Shown: positions 14,738 through 29,933 of the stretch, one piece after another
Numbering within the stretch: the first letter of the stretch is position 1
Layout: every line of letters starts with the position of its first letter
DNA from: Adineta vaga
Lineage: Eukaryota > Animalia > Rotifera
DNA length: 64,000 bases
Reading direction: 5' to 3'
Assembly (NCBI GenBank): GCA_021613535.1
Contig: CP075492.1
Location: 8,246,001-8,310,000, forward strand
Notes under the pieces: model-generated
What the model was told of the DNA's origin: nothing
Databases searched by the model: none
The model's input: the letters and a program-made list of their open reading frames with translations, nothing else
Position numbers and translations under genes: made by a program

Positions 14738-17700
14738 ACAGATGAATTTTCTCTGTTAAGAACAGTACATAGATGAAATTCTATTTGATCAAATACATAT
14801 ATTCAATTGTTTCTTTTCAACATACAAAACATTGTAACCGAGAATAAAAAACATCATTGATTATTCCGACTTCTTCTCGAAGTTTTTCTTAGGCTTTGTA
14901 CATTTTCTTTGTTTATTTGCTTGGCTTATTTGTCTAGTTTACACACATGGTTAACAGCACAAACTAATCTTGTTTGTATTTGTTTTACGCGCACATTCGC
15001 GTAGTGTATTGTATTGTATGCTTAATCATGTTTCTTCTTGTTTTTCTTTTTTCTTTTACACTTAAACATGAAAAATTCGAATCTATACTTGATATTATTC
15101 GTTAACTTACGTATCAAATGAAAAAGAAATCAATCAAAATTGAAACAACATTTCTTGAACTATGAGAACGTTTTTCAATAAAAGTGAAGTACTCAAGATT
15201 TCAAAGTAATTAAAAACAGATTAATTGATATTTCTATTCTTAACTAAGTTGTCTGGACTTTGAAAAGTTTATAACATTGAATTAGTGTCTCAGATTTAAA
15301 TTACTGTTTCTTTCTATCATGTCAACGATTCGAAGATTATAAAAAAAATTCCAGGAAAAACAATGAGAATTTTTGTAGAACTCATATCGACATTTCTATT
15401 TAATAACAAAAAGACTTAATTAGTTTTCATGTCCAATAAAAAAGCTGAGATATGTGGATCAGTAGAATTGTTGTATTTTCAAAGTACTTGTTTCTCCTGA
15501 TTACAAAACAGAACTCACAAAGCTGTGAAAAAATAGATTTTTATTGAATTTCTTCAACATAGAATATCATTTGTAATGATTTGAAAAATCAATCAACATG
15601 AATTGACATCGGTAATCTCAAGAGATCGTTTTATTGAGCAATATTTTTATCAATAATTCAACTTTGAAACGAGAAGCGAAGCAAATATCAGCATTTTCAT
15701 TTATTTATGTTGCGTGCATATGAAAATTTTTCTTTTTTTACCTAGCAGATGCTCCTGTTTTTAGATGAACTAATGTTTTTTTTTATTAAATTTTTCTAGC
15801 GTTAATCTCTAATTGAAATCCATATAAAAACTTGATTACAAAACCTTGAATTTCTAATCACAAACAGCTTCGCTTCTTACATGAATTTGTTTTCTTGTTT
15901 CATACACTTCTAGTTATTCTAATTTGAAAAAAAAAATTGTTTACAACAATATCCGAAGAATACTTTCGTTCAACACATTAATCAACAACAGACGATTTCA
16001 CCTCCGCGAAAATATATTCTGATATATATGTTATTATATATTCAAATCTTTCATTAATATAATGTCTAGTTATGAGACAAAAGGAAAGAAATTATATATT
16101 CGAGATATTTTGAATTGCGTGTGCTCTATTTTGAAAAACTTAATATGTAATTAAACAACCAGCATGTTGAGGAATGGAAGTCTTGCCGACGATCTATGCG
16201 TACATATGAATAGACCATAATTGCCACATAATGAAGAACTTCAGAGAAAATAATCAAAATATATTTGAAAAAAGAATTATGTGCAAGATTTCTTATGGAT
16301 ATTCAAGTTAAATTGACGTGGACATTTCTAATCTAATCAACAAAAGGTTCTGTCCAACAGACACGTGATAAAATAGAATCTCGAGTTTAATTTATGATGA
16401 CAAATACGCATTACACATCATCAAATTCATCATTTTTTTTCTAAGAAGGAAATGCGTCATCGAAAAGAAATTCATCTGGTGCTTTGTAGTTCTATCAACC
16501 GAAAACATTCGAACTGACAGTGGACTAATATGAAATGAATATATCTCTGATAACTAGTGCACCAATCAGTAATGAAGACATCAGAAGTAATACGTAAACG
16601 TGTTACATGTCATGATATTTTTCATAGATAGGAATACTAAAATCAAACAGTGACGTCAATCTATTTTCAAATACGTAATTAAAAGAAAACTCGTCAGTAA
16701 ATTTTATTTTTAGTTAGCAATTATGATTATTTTTGACATCATTATCATTAATCATTCGGAAATAAAATGATTTTTACTTGAAAATTCCGATCGATACTCA
16801 TGTTTTGAATATTTCATGAGAATCAAAAAAAAGAATAAGTCATTGTTTTAGAATTCTTCTTGCCGTTCATTTTCTCGGGTAAATATCAATAGTTAAAAGT
16901 CAATGGTGATTTTACATAACCTTAATTGTTTTTTACTAAAAGGACGAAGCAGACAGAAAATGCTTTTGGTTATTATGATTTTCTAATTGAAAAAAAAATA
17001 TATATATTCAATGTTCTATAAAGCGTTGTAAAACGATTCTTGTCCTGAAATAGGACACCTATATTTCTTGTCTTAAAAAAGATCACGAAAATTATTTTCC
17101 CTGGATAAAAACAAATTCCACATGAATGATTAGCATATCGTTAGAAGCTTACGGAAATAGACAGATAATTGGAGAGAAGTCTGTTAGAAGTTCTATATTA
17201 AATGAGAAAATTAATACTTAGAAAGAATTTCCTAGAAGAAGAAAAAACAATATCTTTTGTTAGTTTTTTAATGAAATTCTAGACGAGAAAAGATTTTCTT
17301 TTATGCCATTGCAGTTCAATATTAGAAGAGTTTATACGTGTGCATATTTATTGTCGGCTAGTTCCGCATATCAAATATCATCTCCTTGTAAATATGTACT
17401 TTATGATAAGTAATATTGTTATAAATAAGAAACATGTTCGCACTGTTTTTTTTTCTATGAATTTTTATTGACATACAGAAAGTCAGGAGACTTTCAAACA
17501 ACAACAAGAAAAAAAGAGAAAAAGAAAGAAGAGAAACGAGTTCACCGGGTGATCGCGCACAGTTTTGCTTTTCATGGATTACTAACAACATCGACAGAAA
17601 CCAAAAAAAAAAGAATTCGATTACAGACAATAAGCTAATAGAGATTAAAATAAAGAATAAGAGTAAGAAGCAAAAAAAAACCAGAGAGAGAAAGAAGAAA

Positions 17701-17874
17701 GAGAGAAAGAAAGATAGAAGTTCGACAGCACCAGGCTTATCGAAGAAGCGTAACGATCAATAGATTCGTTTAGCACAGACCTGCTGTAACAAAATCCGAA
17801 AATCGAATGAAAGTCAAAAAGCAATTTTTTCAAAAATTCGTGCGCGATCTACAACTGTCTTTTGTTGCTCCAAT

Positions 17875-19809
17875 TTAAAATTCATTGATAAGTGCATCAA
17901 TACTTGCTAATTCTTGTTCGAATTGATATTTCATATATGTATCATCGATTGTTTTGCTTGACCAGTAGTACATATTTGAGTTTGTTGAATATTGATTGTA
18001 TTGATATTGGAACAATTGTGCTGTTTCATCGTCGAATATGAATGGTGCAACAACATTTGAGAGGGATCGAGTGATAGGCGACGATTGTTGTTGTTGTTGG
18101 AAAGATTCATTACTGTTGTTGCTGTCGAACATGAGGAGACCCATGGAGAGTGACGGACTATCGGCCACGATGGAATCTTCGCTCGATTTAGGCATTGGCG
18201 GGGAAACTAAAAGAATATGAAATTAGAAAATATGTTTTAATCAAAATCGCTCCTTTCGCTGCGCACCCAGATTTACTTGTTCGACTTTAATTGTTATTTG
18301 ATTTGGTTCACATTCAGCATGAACATATTTCATAAATTCGTTTCGCATCAATGGACTAAAAGAAAGTCATAGGAAAAACGAAGTTCTCACTAAAAGAACA
18401 AAACACTTACTCAATTAATTGAGCAACAATGGCATATTTAATTGATTTTGCACGTCGTTCACGAGTTGGTCGAATTTGACATAAGAATGTCAAACGATGT
18501 TCACCGTTATTTGCATAGATATCGAAAACTTCGCAGACACTTTTTGGTGTTTGAAGTTCATTTTGAACTAGACAAACAAGAGAAAGAGAAACCGAATAAA
18601 TTCTTTGATTATTTAAGTACAAATGACTTTTCATACAGTTTAATTGTCGAATCTTTTCAAACTTTTCCAAATCTTCTGCTGATAAATAACGACCAAACCA
18701 ATTTCCAATGATTTCATTTCGTGCATAACCAAGAATATCTTTAACACTGAAAGCAAAATTTTGTTGATCTGAATCATCTTCTTCGTTTTTTATTCATCGA
18801 AAACTTACTTTGATGAGACCATACTAACTGTCATATCATCATTTAAAGTTATTTTCATTATTGATGAATTTGTTAAAGTTGTTTGGGATGAACTCGTTTC
18901 GTTTGTTGTTCCAGAAACTAACGCTTGACAACGAGCAACAAATAAACGATCATAACATGAGTTATGACATGAATAGAAATGGCCAGCCATTGTAATTGCC
19001 TAAAATTATTAATTTTACATCCAGGTTTCAAAAGGAAAAACAAAACAATTAAGATTTTTCTTTACCTTGATGTCTTCACGTGTTCGACTTGGTCGTTTAC
19101 CTTTTGGCAAACGGAAAGTACAAACAAGTTGATGTTCTCGATTTGTCAAGTCACCTGATGATTCTAAAATTGTATGTAATTTTTCTCCATCAGTTTTATC
19201 GAGACAATCATAAAGATTCATGCATTGAGTGTACAATGAACGCTAAAAGAAAAACATGATGATTTTTTCGAAGAAATATATAAAGCAAGATTTTCATACC
19301 ATTGTTTTGCCTAAGTGATTTTCAACTTCATCACTCATAGCGACGATTCGACCATCCGTACGGAGGACAAGAATGAAATCGCCATTATTTACATTAGTTT
19401 GAATGCCACGTACAAGGTCAATATCACCTAAAACAAAAGAAAATATTTCAATAATGAATTGAAGAGAAAGAAAAAAGATGAAATTTAGATAGTTACGTGA
19501 ATATTTTTCACCATTTAAATGCATATCTTTGATAAGACGAGCATTTGTTAAACCTAAAATTTCGTTCTTGTTTTTTCGTCCACCTACACGAACGACTTCA
19601 CGTTGACCTGGTCGACGTACTAATGTAGCATCGAAAAGTTGATTGATGATGTCATTTGTATCATCTCGACGTTTTCGTAATGGCTTGGCGCCATCATATT
19701 CTTCTTGTTGTGGACCTGCGTAGCAGTTAGAATAAGCGAATTGCTTTATCGATCCAGCCGATAAATCAAAGAAAGAGTTTTGTGATTGCCAGTATTGTTG
19801 TGAAGACAT
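17875..19809 (-). CDS. Divergent bHLH-PAS transcription factor, NPAS4/dysfusion-like, multi-exon
   Basis: GAKPLRKRRDDTNDIINQL resembles the NPAS4 basic/helix-1 region; PAS-A GDFILVLRTDGRIVAMSDEVENHLGKTMRSLYTQCMNLYDCLD closely parallels NPAS4 PAS-A as recalled; PAS-B-like exons 18400-18900; Q/S-rich C-terminus. Confidence 0.72.
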
Positions 19810-22211
19810 GGTTTTGTTTTCTTTTGATTTTATTTGATTTGATTTGATTGAAGTTTAGTTAGGGATAATCGCCTGCGATATGTTATTGGGAAAACTCTGC
19901 CGCCAGCAGCAGAGAACAACCTTTGTTGAATACGTTTACCGTCAAAATGATCGTTATTAAAATTACCATACCTTTCTATAATTTTTCTCTCTTTCTCTTA
20001 TTCTCTCTCTCACCCTCTCTCGTCTTGTTTTTGTACTGAAGTCAAATAAACCTTTCTTAGTCTCTCTTGTTCTGTTCTTTTCTTTTCTTCTTTTTTTCCA
20101 CGTATTTCTAATAAGCATATTATATTTTTCTTCATCATGTGTTGTTATAGACTTCCGTTTTTCTCCTCCAGTCTCGTATTTCATTGGAGACAAGTTTAGT
20201 AAGGTGGTAAAAGAAGAGAAAGAAAACTAATATAAAGGTAAAGAAAAATAACACTCTTCACAATTTTCTCTTCTCCTGTTTCTTCTATAAAACATAAGTA
20301 TAAATATTTTATAGTTGCTCTTAGAAAGGTAACTCGGAGAAGAAGGAGAAAGAAATGGTGTCGCTCGTTTTATATAATTACTTTCTCTTATTTTCTCGGG
20401 GTAAAAGAATGTAAACATCCGACGAGCAAATGACATGAAAGTTCTCTTTTTTGAAGATATTTTTTTTAAATCTGAAAAATTTGTTTGATGAATGAAAGAG
20501 AAAAGGTGACTAATCGTAATTGCGTTAATCCGTTTTTGAATTGCTTTACTTCCATTATTCATCTAAAACATCGATAGAACTCATTTTTGTTTCATTCAAG
20601 CAAATTTAGGAACAGTTGGTATGGTCATATATACACACCTACTTATTTTATGATATATGATTACATAGAAAACATTTGTAAAACGGAAACTAAATGCAAG
20701 ACTTTCCCCAGAACAATAAATATTCTATGAAGGAAATAGTGAGATGAATTATAGATGACGTATCCTTAAGTAAAATGTTGAAGATGTTTTAAAATTCACA
20801 TTTTGAGCAGACAATGAATATAGAATGTCTAATTATTTTATATAACATACATTTGTTAGAATGTCCTTTTCCATAAATCGATTTGAACATCCGATCCTAT
20901 TTCTTTGGAAAACAGTTACGAATATTTTCATTGATCGATGAATTATCATGAAATGACTTCAATGTATTATGTGTTCTTGGTTTTGGTCGATCACATGAGA
21001 TTTGAAATGGAGAAAATTGATTCAATGCTGTATTGCTTTGACTGAATATATATAGATATAATTTTACAGTTTACCTGAAGGTGTTTTATCTCGTATGTAT
21101 TAATACTTTTATCCTCGAGGTACATGGAAGAAATTTGTCGAGTATCAAACATACCTGTTCTCATTATACTCATGTTTACAGATGCCGGAAATACTGTCTA
21201 TTGTTAGTGTTTCTGTTGAAAAAGATCCGAATTTAATTGATTGTGGTCTGGCTATCTAGATAATCCGTCATCTGATAGTTTTAATAAGTGAGAATAACGT
21301 ACTCGATTTATTTTTAATACTTCTATAAAAAGTGATACAGTGTTTTTTTTGTCATGTATATAACTTTGTGAAAAAGAACTTCAATGATTAATCAAATATT
21401 CGTTTTGAATTATGAATATAAGAATATTTTTCTATACAATGTCATTTCCGTGTAGGTAGTTGATCGACATTACGTACTACACTTTGTCAATGCCAAATAT
21501 GGAAACAATCTAGATGTCATTGGATTTAATCCTACATGAAACAAGATCATGAATAGAAATATCATATGGGACAGAGTACGATCGAGTTAGTTTTAATTAA
21601 TTCACATCTTTTCTTATTGTATGACGCTAGTTCCATGAATTATTTTGAAATACATAAAAGACATTAGATATATTTGAGATATTTAAAACCTATTTTATCT
21701 GTTGTCATTAATCGACTGTTCGTCAGTGTGATGTTACTTCTCGCAAAGAAATTAAGAATCATATGCTTCTAACTTTTTTTTTTAAAACTGGTTGTTCATA
21801 TAGTGAATATGAAAGAAAATATCTGAACAATAATGTAAATACAAAAATACTTGAAGAAAAACTTGATGAGATATTTTGCATATGTTATTCTTTGATATAA
21901 AATGAGATGCATTAAATTAAAACTTGTTTCAACATTTTTTTCATGTGTATACACTTAAGAAAGAACGAAAAAAAATCTGCTTGTTTAGTTAACATAACCA
22001 CCATCAATAGTCGAACGATGATGATGATGTCCGAACTAAACGACATAACAAAATCAAGGGTTTCATATTCAATGTTTAACAAGCATACTTTTTATTTTCA
22101 ATTCATTGAAGAGAAAAGAATTCGTTTTTTTCCTCTTCTTCTTGTATATTTCAATAATAAAATCAATAAGCTTTGTTTTTCGAATAAGAAAAAGACAAAC
22201 ATTTGACACAA

Positions 22212-23190
22212 ATGCAATCGACTCAGCATATCGATACACAGATTTTTAATAAGTACGGATGGCATCTACAGTGGCCACGTGTTTGGATAACTTTTCTTGG
22301 AATAATTCTATTTTGTCTTGGTTTAAATATCATTGGTATGGAAATAGGACATACCGTTTTCGATTCATATCGATCCACAGCATTCGCTGGTTTTATCGTT
22401 TTTATACCTCTGATGATTTGCACTATCTTCATTTTTATTACTGGTAAGTTGTAAATCTCACTTTTAAATATTAATGATAGAACGTTTGTTCATAGCATGT
22501 TTACCCAAATTACTTCTTCTTCGTATTGCTACGATTTTATGTTTGTGTATGATTTTCTTGTGCACTTTATTAATAATCTATGATGTTTTTGTACTGATTG
22601 ATCCAAGTCGATGTTTCTTTCTAAATTGTGCTAATGCAAATGTAAATTATCTTGAAAATTCAACGTTTCATATCAGTCTAACTGGTTGGCCATTGACTAT
22701 TATGTGGCCGGATAATTTTCGAAATTCTATGAATACGAAACGATTCTTTCAAAGTGTTCAATTATTTTCTGCATGTTTATCCATTCTATGTTGTTCCGTA
22801 TACATATCAATTTATTTTATTTACCGCCATTTGAACTTACATCGATCGCTCATATACGAATCTCCGAAACTAACGACAACTTCCATCTATACACCTTACG
22901 CCTATCCAGAAAAATGTCTCGTATCAAACTACGATATTATGTATAATCATGTAGCACTAACACAAGAAATCGAAATAAGAAAAGATGTACTATCACGTAT
23001 GACTTCAGTAAATTCGAATCGAATTTGTCGACGATGTATGAAACAACCACGAATGAGTCTAACAAATGATTATAATCCGAGAACTCTTTTTTCGTACATC
23101 TGTACTAATTGTAATAATGAATTAATGAATACTCAACGAAAATCACCGATTATCTATCGAATTACAATTCCAAAATATACATCGTGTTAA
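22212..23190 (+). CDS. Four-transmembrane protein (MS4A/CD20-like topology) with C-terminal CxxC...CxxC motif; 2 exons
   Basis: ATG 22212; intron about 22444-22493; four hydrophobic helices, loop RCFFLNC, tail CRRC...CTNC. Confidence 0.7.
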
Positions 23191-23604
23191 TATGTGATTC
23201 AATCAGTTATCAAAAATGAATATTTTCATCTTTCATTTTCCACCTTTTATAAGCATATAACATTACTGATTCCAGTAAATAAAAAATAACAACACATACA
23301 CATACGTTAATTAACTCTATTCATTCAGAACCGAACAAAAAAAATACATAGATATTGAATGTCTGTTCTATCTGTGTTAGATGAATACATAGATGAACAT
23401 ACTATCTAACACGTAGAAGATATTGCTTTTCTTTTCTTCATCTTAAAATAGAAAGATAATAGATGACACAAAAAAGATCCCGATTAACTAATGTCACTGT
23501 TTGTTTTTTTGTTGCACGTTTTGTTTTCGAGTTTTTATATAAATACTGTCCATAGAATAAATAAAAAGTAAAAAGAATGGAATGAGAGTAGAAAGCAAAA
23601 AAAA

Positions 23605-26600
23605 TTATTTCAACGATGTTTGAATCTCTTCCAATAAATTCGAGAGAAAATGTGTTTCTGTTGATTTACCATTAATTGATATATTAGTTGGAGAATTCTA
23701 AACAAGAGAAAGTGAAATAAAGTCTTGTCCGAAAAATAAAAATAACATACTGTAGATTTTAATAAAAGTGCAATCGGATGTCCTAAAATCGTTTCTGCAT
23801 ATAAAGATGCAGCTGAATTGATTTTTTCTACGACTAAAATAAGAAATCGTATCGATAAGATGAATTGTTCTTTATAAATAGTCTACAAACCAGTTAGTCG
23901 AAAAGATTGACAAATATTATTAAGTATTGATGTAAAATCTTGATTCGATGAAGAGAGATTTATATTTGATTGAGATGTCAATGTTCCAGAACTCATCAGA
24001 TCAGTAAAAGCATCACTAAATGAAATAATAAGACGAGAGAAAAAGAAACGAGAAGAATCAACTTACGAAGCGAGATTTTTTCTCCTTAAATATTGTGAAC
24101 ATGGTAGATTAAGTTTAAATTCAAGTGTATCACTTTCTGTTTTATTAGATTTCTAAAAAAGAAGAAGAAAATATTCTAACCGGATTGTTTTCTTATAAAA
24201 CATACATTGACGGAATAAGTTAAAATTGTTTTTAATTTTTGAGGAAATGATATTGCATTGATAGCAAAATAAATATGAAGATAATTTTGTGCATGAGGAA
24301 AAAGACTTATCGTTGAGAATGATATACGATTTGCACTTGTTGTATTTAGTAATTTTGAACTCATACTATCGATAATATGAATATCAATATGATCAATGAT
24401 TGATGATGTTTGATTTTTCAAAAGAAAAGTTATATCAAGTTCAGCTGTTGATGGTTTTGGAGTTATCGAATATTCCTAAAAGATTTGATATACATTTAGA
24501 ATTAACGATTTTCTCATTTTCAAATATGAGATAACTTACAATAGTTAGATTGTCAGATTGCGCAGCGAATTTGTAAGAATCTTTTTCAATATATTGTTGA
24601 TTAGATTGATTTGTTGGAAGAATATCATCGCTCATTATATCGAATAGAAGTGGAGCAGATTTATTTGGATCTATTGTGGTAGTTTTTGATGTTGATTTTT
24701 TCTCTTTAGTTTTCTTTTTCTTTGATTTTTCTTCAGAAGTCGTTGAAGGAATAGGAGACGATGATACAGGTTTTTCTTCTTCATCCGCTGGTGATAATAA
24801 TTCTTTGTAATCATTACGTTCTGGTTCTTTCAGTTTCGATTTCAAAGTCGTCGATGTAGTCTTTTTCTCTATTGTTTTTTTCTTGGATTTTTTCGGTTTT
24901 TCACTTGATATAGACGAAGGAGGAGTTTCTACGGATTTTTGAGGTGATTCATTAGGTCGAGATATGGGTTCAGGAGGTACAGATGTAGGTGGTTGTTTAG
25001 GTATTTCGTTTAAATCAATATTCAATGCTCGATGTGGATCATATTTTTTATTTTTCTGAATAATTCTATTGTCATCATCATTATCTTCATTACCACTTTC
25101 TGCTATACCTTCAGGTAATTCACCACCACGTGTCACTTTGATTGATGGATAAATGTCATCATCATTATCATCAGCCGTTACTGTATCGGATTTTTTCGAA
25201 GATTTTTTGCCTTTCTTCGATGAAGTACCATCCGTTTTCGATTTTTTCTTCAAACGTCGATTTTCTTCGTCAATTTTAGTTTGACGATATAATTGATCTG
25301 AAAGAGAAGTTTGTAAGTTATTCGGAATCGTTCCTTTGTATGATGTAGCCGAAGGATTTTCATTGCCATTTGTCATATTCATCGATGTTTCAGGCTAGAA
25401 TTTAGAGAAAAAAGAATTCGATAGTGATCAATCTTTAAAAACAAAACGTACCTTCGATGTACTTTTACTTTTTTTCGTATCTTTCAAATAGAATGGATTC
25501 ATTTTTTCACTTTGTTTTCTTGATTCTCGTTGTTGTTCTAATTCGTCAGATGTCGGTTCAACATAATTTTTCGTCTTTTGGTAAGTTGATGTATCATTCA
25601 TATATGAATTCGAATTATAACTATCTTCATTATTTTCATAAAACAATCCCTTATTATCATAACGTGTGCTTTCTCACAACTGATTCATCTTCACTTTCCG
25701 AGGGTGGTTCATTGATCCAAGCATCCAAATCCAAACTAGAAAAAAAAGTCATTTACAAATGAGGATTATTCAATCAAAATCAATCACTAATTTACCCATT
25801 TGGTACAGCAACTTTACGTTGAGCTTTCGCAGCAACTGGATTAAGAACACCATCGAATAATACTGATAATTCATTGACATTAAATTCCGATTTTTCGAGA
25901 AGTTTTAATACTGTTTTGAGAATATGTAAAATAACACTTGCCTAAAAACGTAGATTGCGTTCTCTTTTCTCTCTATTCGATGAATTAAACATACGCGTTC
26001 TTGTGCTTCAACATCGCCACTTGATAAAAATGTTGACATTTTTTCAATGGTCATTGAAATCAATTGTTTAGCTAAAATTTCATCATTATTCGATGATTGA
26101 ATTAAATACGTGATAATTTTTAGAATATTTTGATAATAAACAGATTGAATATGACCAGGAAAGACAATAATTTTTGTATTTAATATTGCTTGAAGTGTTT
26201 CCTGTGGTTCTTTCAAATATCTATCAAAACATTTTTCTCGTATAGAATAAAAAAAACAAAGAAATAGTTTTTCATTGATTACTTACGAACAAAATTCTCC
26301 ACAAATCCATGCCGCAGCATATAAAACTTCTGCAACAGTTGTAGTATTTGAACCGATAATAAAAACATGCGCATTTGCAAGAAGAATTGCCTGAAAAAAA
26401 AGAATGATTTTTTGTTTCTATTTATATTTGACAAATACTTACCATTTGGTTACATGCAAATGGACGAATTGATTCAACACGAACAGCAACATCTAACATT
26501 TGTAAAGCAATGAGATTTCCATGTTTTGTTCCTTCGAGACGTGTTAATTCAACTAAGATACTTATATACCTATTGAGAAGAAAAGATTCATTGAAAATTC

Positions 26601-28402
26601 GATGAACAAACAAATAAATGATTGACAAACCATTCAAAATTAGTGATATGTTGATAATCACTTTGACTGCAAATTTCAATAATTTTTGAAAGTAACTCAT
26701 CACGATAATGAGAACCTTCAGATTTATCCATATGAATCATTAATTTACGAACAATATCCATTAAATTCTTTCTTGATACCTAGAACGAGAAGAAGAAAAC
26801 ACTTTCAAATAAGAAAATTTCCTATTTGAAATCTTACCATGCCAGATAAAAGATCAAGTGCTCGTAAACGTATGGATTCATCTTTATCATCGAGACATTG
26901 TAGTATTAAATCATTATGTGCTTGAACACTTTTTGGATGTGTTTGTAAAATCTTTGACATGGCTAATAATCCCAAATATTTCACTAAATGAAAAGAGTTT
27001 CTAAATCTTCTAAATTCCATTTTTCAATTTCTTACAATTTTGATCGGAATCTTCAATAAGTATTCGAAGTTTTTGTACACATAATTGAATCGATGCATTA
27101 TGATTAGGTAAACCAGATGAAATCGAAACAAGAACTTTAAAAAAATGAAACTGTATTGTATCGGAATTTATCTTGTTATATTTTACTTACCAGCAATCAC
27201 AGTATTGATACATTCGTATAGAAGTGACATGGCTGATGTACTATGAATTAAATTAGTCAATGGTTCGATTAATTTTTTGCCTAATCGAGGTTCTAATGGT
27301 GTTAATGCACCAAACTAAAGAAGAAAGGAGAAGAATTGTTTGAAAAGAAGATTATCGAGGTTAAATTTACTAGTTTGATAATTTTAATCAACACCCAATT
27401 GTTAGTTGAGGTTGTCATTAAACGGAAAAAAATTGGAGCTAAAGCAAGATAATTTTTTGGATTACGTCGTGCTAATTCACAAATAACATTCACAGCAGCA
27501 GCTTGAACACCTGAATCAGGATCTTCGAGTTTGTCTTTTAGTCGTGGAAACGCTGGTTTTAATGCATCAGGATTATTCAAAAATACTTTATATAAAAGTA
27601 GAACAGCTCGTTTACGTATATATGGTTTAGTTGATGTCATCTTAAAACATATGAAGTATTTCAAAAGAAACAATTGAAGATCTTTTTCTTACCAATATCA
27701 TTATATCATTTGCTAAATCATGAGCCAGATCACCATTTATAAAACATGAAAGTCCATTCATTGCCGTTGCAGCTTCATACATTGATGAACTATTTAGATC
27801 CTAAAATATTCCTTTCATTAACGATGAAAATTGATCGAAGAAAAACATCATTTACTTTTCGAATCATATTAGTTGTTAACATTAAAACATCTGTTCCTTC
27901 ATGAAAACATTGTGAAGCAGCAAGATAACCAATTCGCTAGACAAACCAAACGATTGTTATACATTAAAATAATTTTTTAACACCAATCACTTACTTTAAA
28001 AGTAAATTTATTTGAACTCATTACTTCAATGATATTAAACGCACTCCATGATATATCATATCCAAGCATTTGAAGCTAAATTGTAAAAGAAAAGACATAA
28101 TTTTCTGAATCAAAAGTACATGTCTATTTTTACATAAGTTAATTTATTCACAGCATTTGCTTTAACTGCAATATTATCTTGTTTAAGTTCTTGTTTAATT
28201 TCATCAATAGCTTCATTGATATATTTCGCCTGAAATTGAAAATTAAAGATAAGTTTTTCTTTCGAGAATATTTTACTTCATTATCTTTATGATTTCGGAT
28301 GCCTCGAACGAGATCATGAAGACTTTTATCAAACATTTGTCCGAAACTATCTTTCGCTCGTTTGACGACTTGATCCATCGTTGTCGACATATTCAAAGCC
28401 AT
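23605..28402 (-). CDS. AP3D1: AP-3 adaptor complex subunit delta, multi-exon
   Basis: MFDKSLHDLVRGIRNHKDNE, KPYIRKRAVLLLYKVFL...AAVNVICELARRNPKNYL, CLDDKDESIRLRALDLL, LNPVAAKAQRKVAVP, NPFYLK, Lys-rich hinge and ear domain; stop TAA at 23605-23607. Confidence 0.96.
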
Positions 28403-28653
28403 TTCTTTTTCGTTTTTTACTACAACAAAATGGAAAAACGTCTAATCATTCATTCACTCAGCCATTTATCTTTATCATAAACCTTTCTATGTTGTCTATA
28501 GATGTCAGAGTACCGCTTTGCTCGCTCATATTTGATTGCTTCTTGTTCTTTCCATTCGACAGACTGACAAGTTTCTACCACGTACTAAACTAATACTAAA
28601 ATCTAACTTAGAATTCTCATTTTAATCTCGATTTCTCCGTTGTAATTGTAATC
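28403..28653. promoter_or_regulatory. Compact bidirectional promoter region between AP3D1 and SLC35B1
   Basis: Divergent ATGs only about 250 bp apart (28402 minus, 28654 plus). Confidence 0.7.
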
Positions 28654-29933
28654 ATGGGTGACGAAACTAAAACCAATGAAAAACATCATCATCATCATCG
28701 TCAGCATAAAACACAATCATTTCTCATGTCACCAACTGTTAAATTATTCGTTTGTTTTCTTGGAATTTTTGGTGCATATCTTCTCTTTGGAATCGTTCAA
28801 GAATCTATGTAAGAAGTAGAAAGTTTTCTTTAGAAAATAATCCAGGATTTTTCTTTTGATTAGAGTCAAAGGCAAATATGGCAAGAATGATAAATTTACT
28901 TATATTATATCACTTGTATTTTTTCAATGTATTTTTAATGCAATCGTTTCAAAAGTCATACTTGTCATACGTAAAACTCATAGAGATACAACTCCATCAA
29001 AAATGTATGCATTTGCTTCGTTTACGTATCTATTTGCGATGCTAGCAAGTAATTATGCATTAGAATTTGTTAGTTATCCAATGCAGGTAAGAAAAATAAT
29101 ATTGCAATATTGAATTAGTGAAATATTGTTTTTCTGTGTGAAGGTGTTAGGAAAGTCAGTGAAACCTGTACCAGTGATGCTATTAGGTGTATTAGTCGCA
29201 AGAAAAAGATATCCGTTAGTGAAATATTTATATGTTTTATTAATTGTTGCTGGTAAGAAATGAGTGAATTTTGACAAATGATTGAATTTTATTTATTAGG
29301 AGTTGTTTTGTTTATGTACAAAAAACCTGAGAAAGCAACAAAAGCGACGGAAGCAAATGCAATTATTGGTATTGGTGAATTTCTTTTGGTAAGTCTTTAA
29401 TTAGAAAGAAACTTAGAATACATATTGATATATAGATTGTTTCACTTGCATTTGATGGTCTTACGGGTGGTATACAAGATAGAATTCGTGATTCACATAG
29501 AGTTCAAGCTTATCATATGATGTATTCAATGAATATTTGGTCATGTTTATGGGCATTGATTGGTGTAGTAGCAACTGGTGAAATCTATGGTTTATATAAT
29601 TTTCTTACTGCTTATCCTGATGTTATAACTAAAATGTTTTTACTTGGTTTAACTGGTGCAATCGGTCAAGTATGTTAATCAAAATCTAGTTTTTTCTTGT
29701 TAACAGTTTTGAAAATGTTATCCTAATTCTTTTAGAATTTTATCTTTCTTACGATTGAATGGTTTGGTCCATTGACTTGTTCGATTTTTACAACAACACG
29801 AAAATTTTTTACTATCCTTTGTTCAGTTATTATTTTCGGTAATCCAATATCAACGCAACAAATGCTTGGAACAGGACTTGTATTTATTGGACTGTTTATG
29901 GAACAATTATATGGAAAGAAGAAACATAAATAG
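28654..29933 (+). CDS. SLC35B1: Nucleotide-sugar/ER ATP-ADP transporter family SLC35B1, multi-exon
   Basis: [56 protein letters not shown]...[17 protein letters not shown]; C-terminal di-lysine ER signal GKKKHK-stop. Confidence 0.93.

Noticed and set aside
14800-17350. Long ORF-free stretch examined for transposon remnants or RNA genes
   Set aside because: No terminal repeats, transposase or RT fragments, or tRNA-like structure seen; treated as UTR and intergenic DNA.
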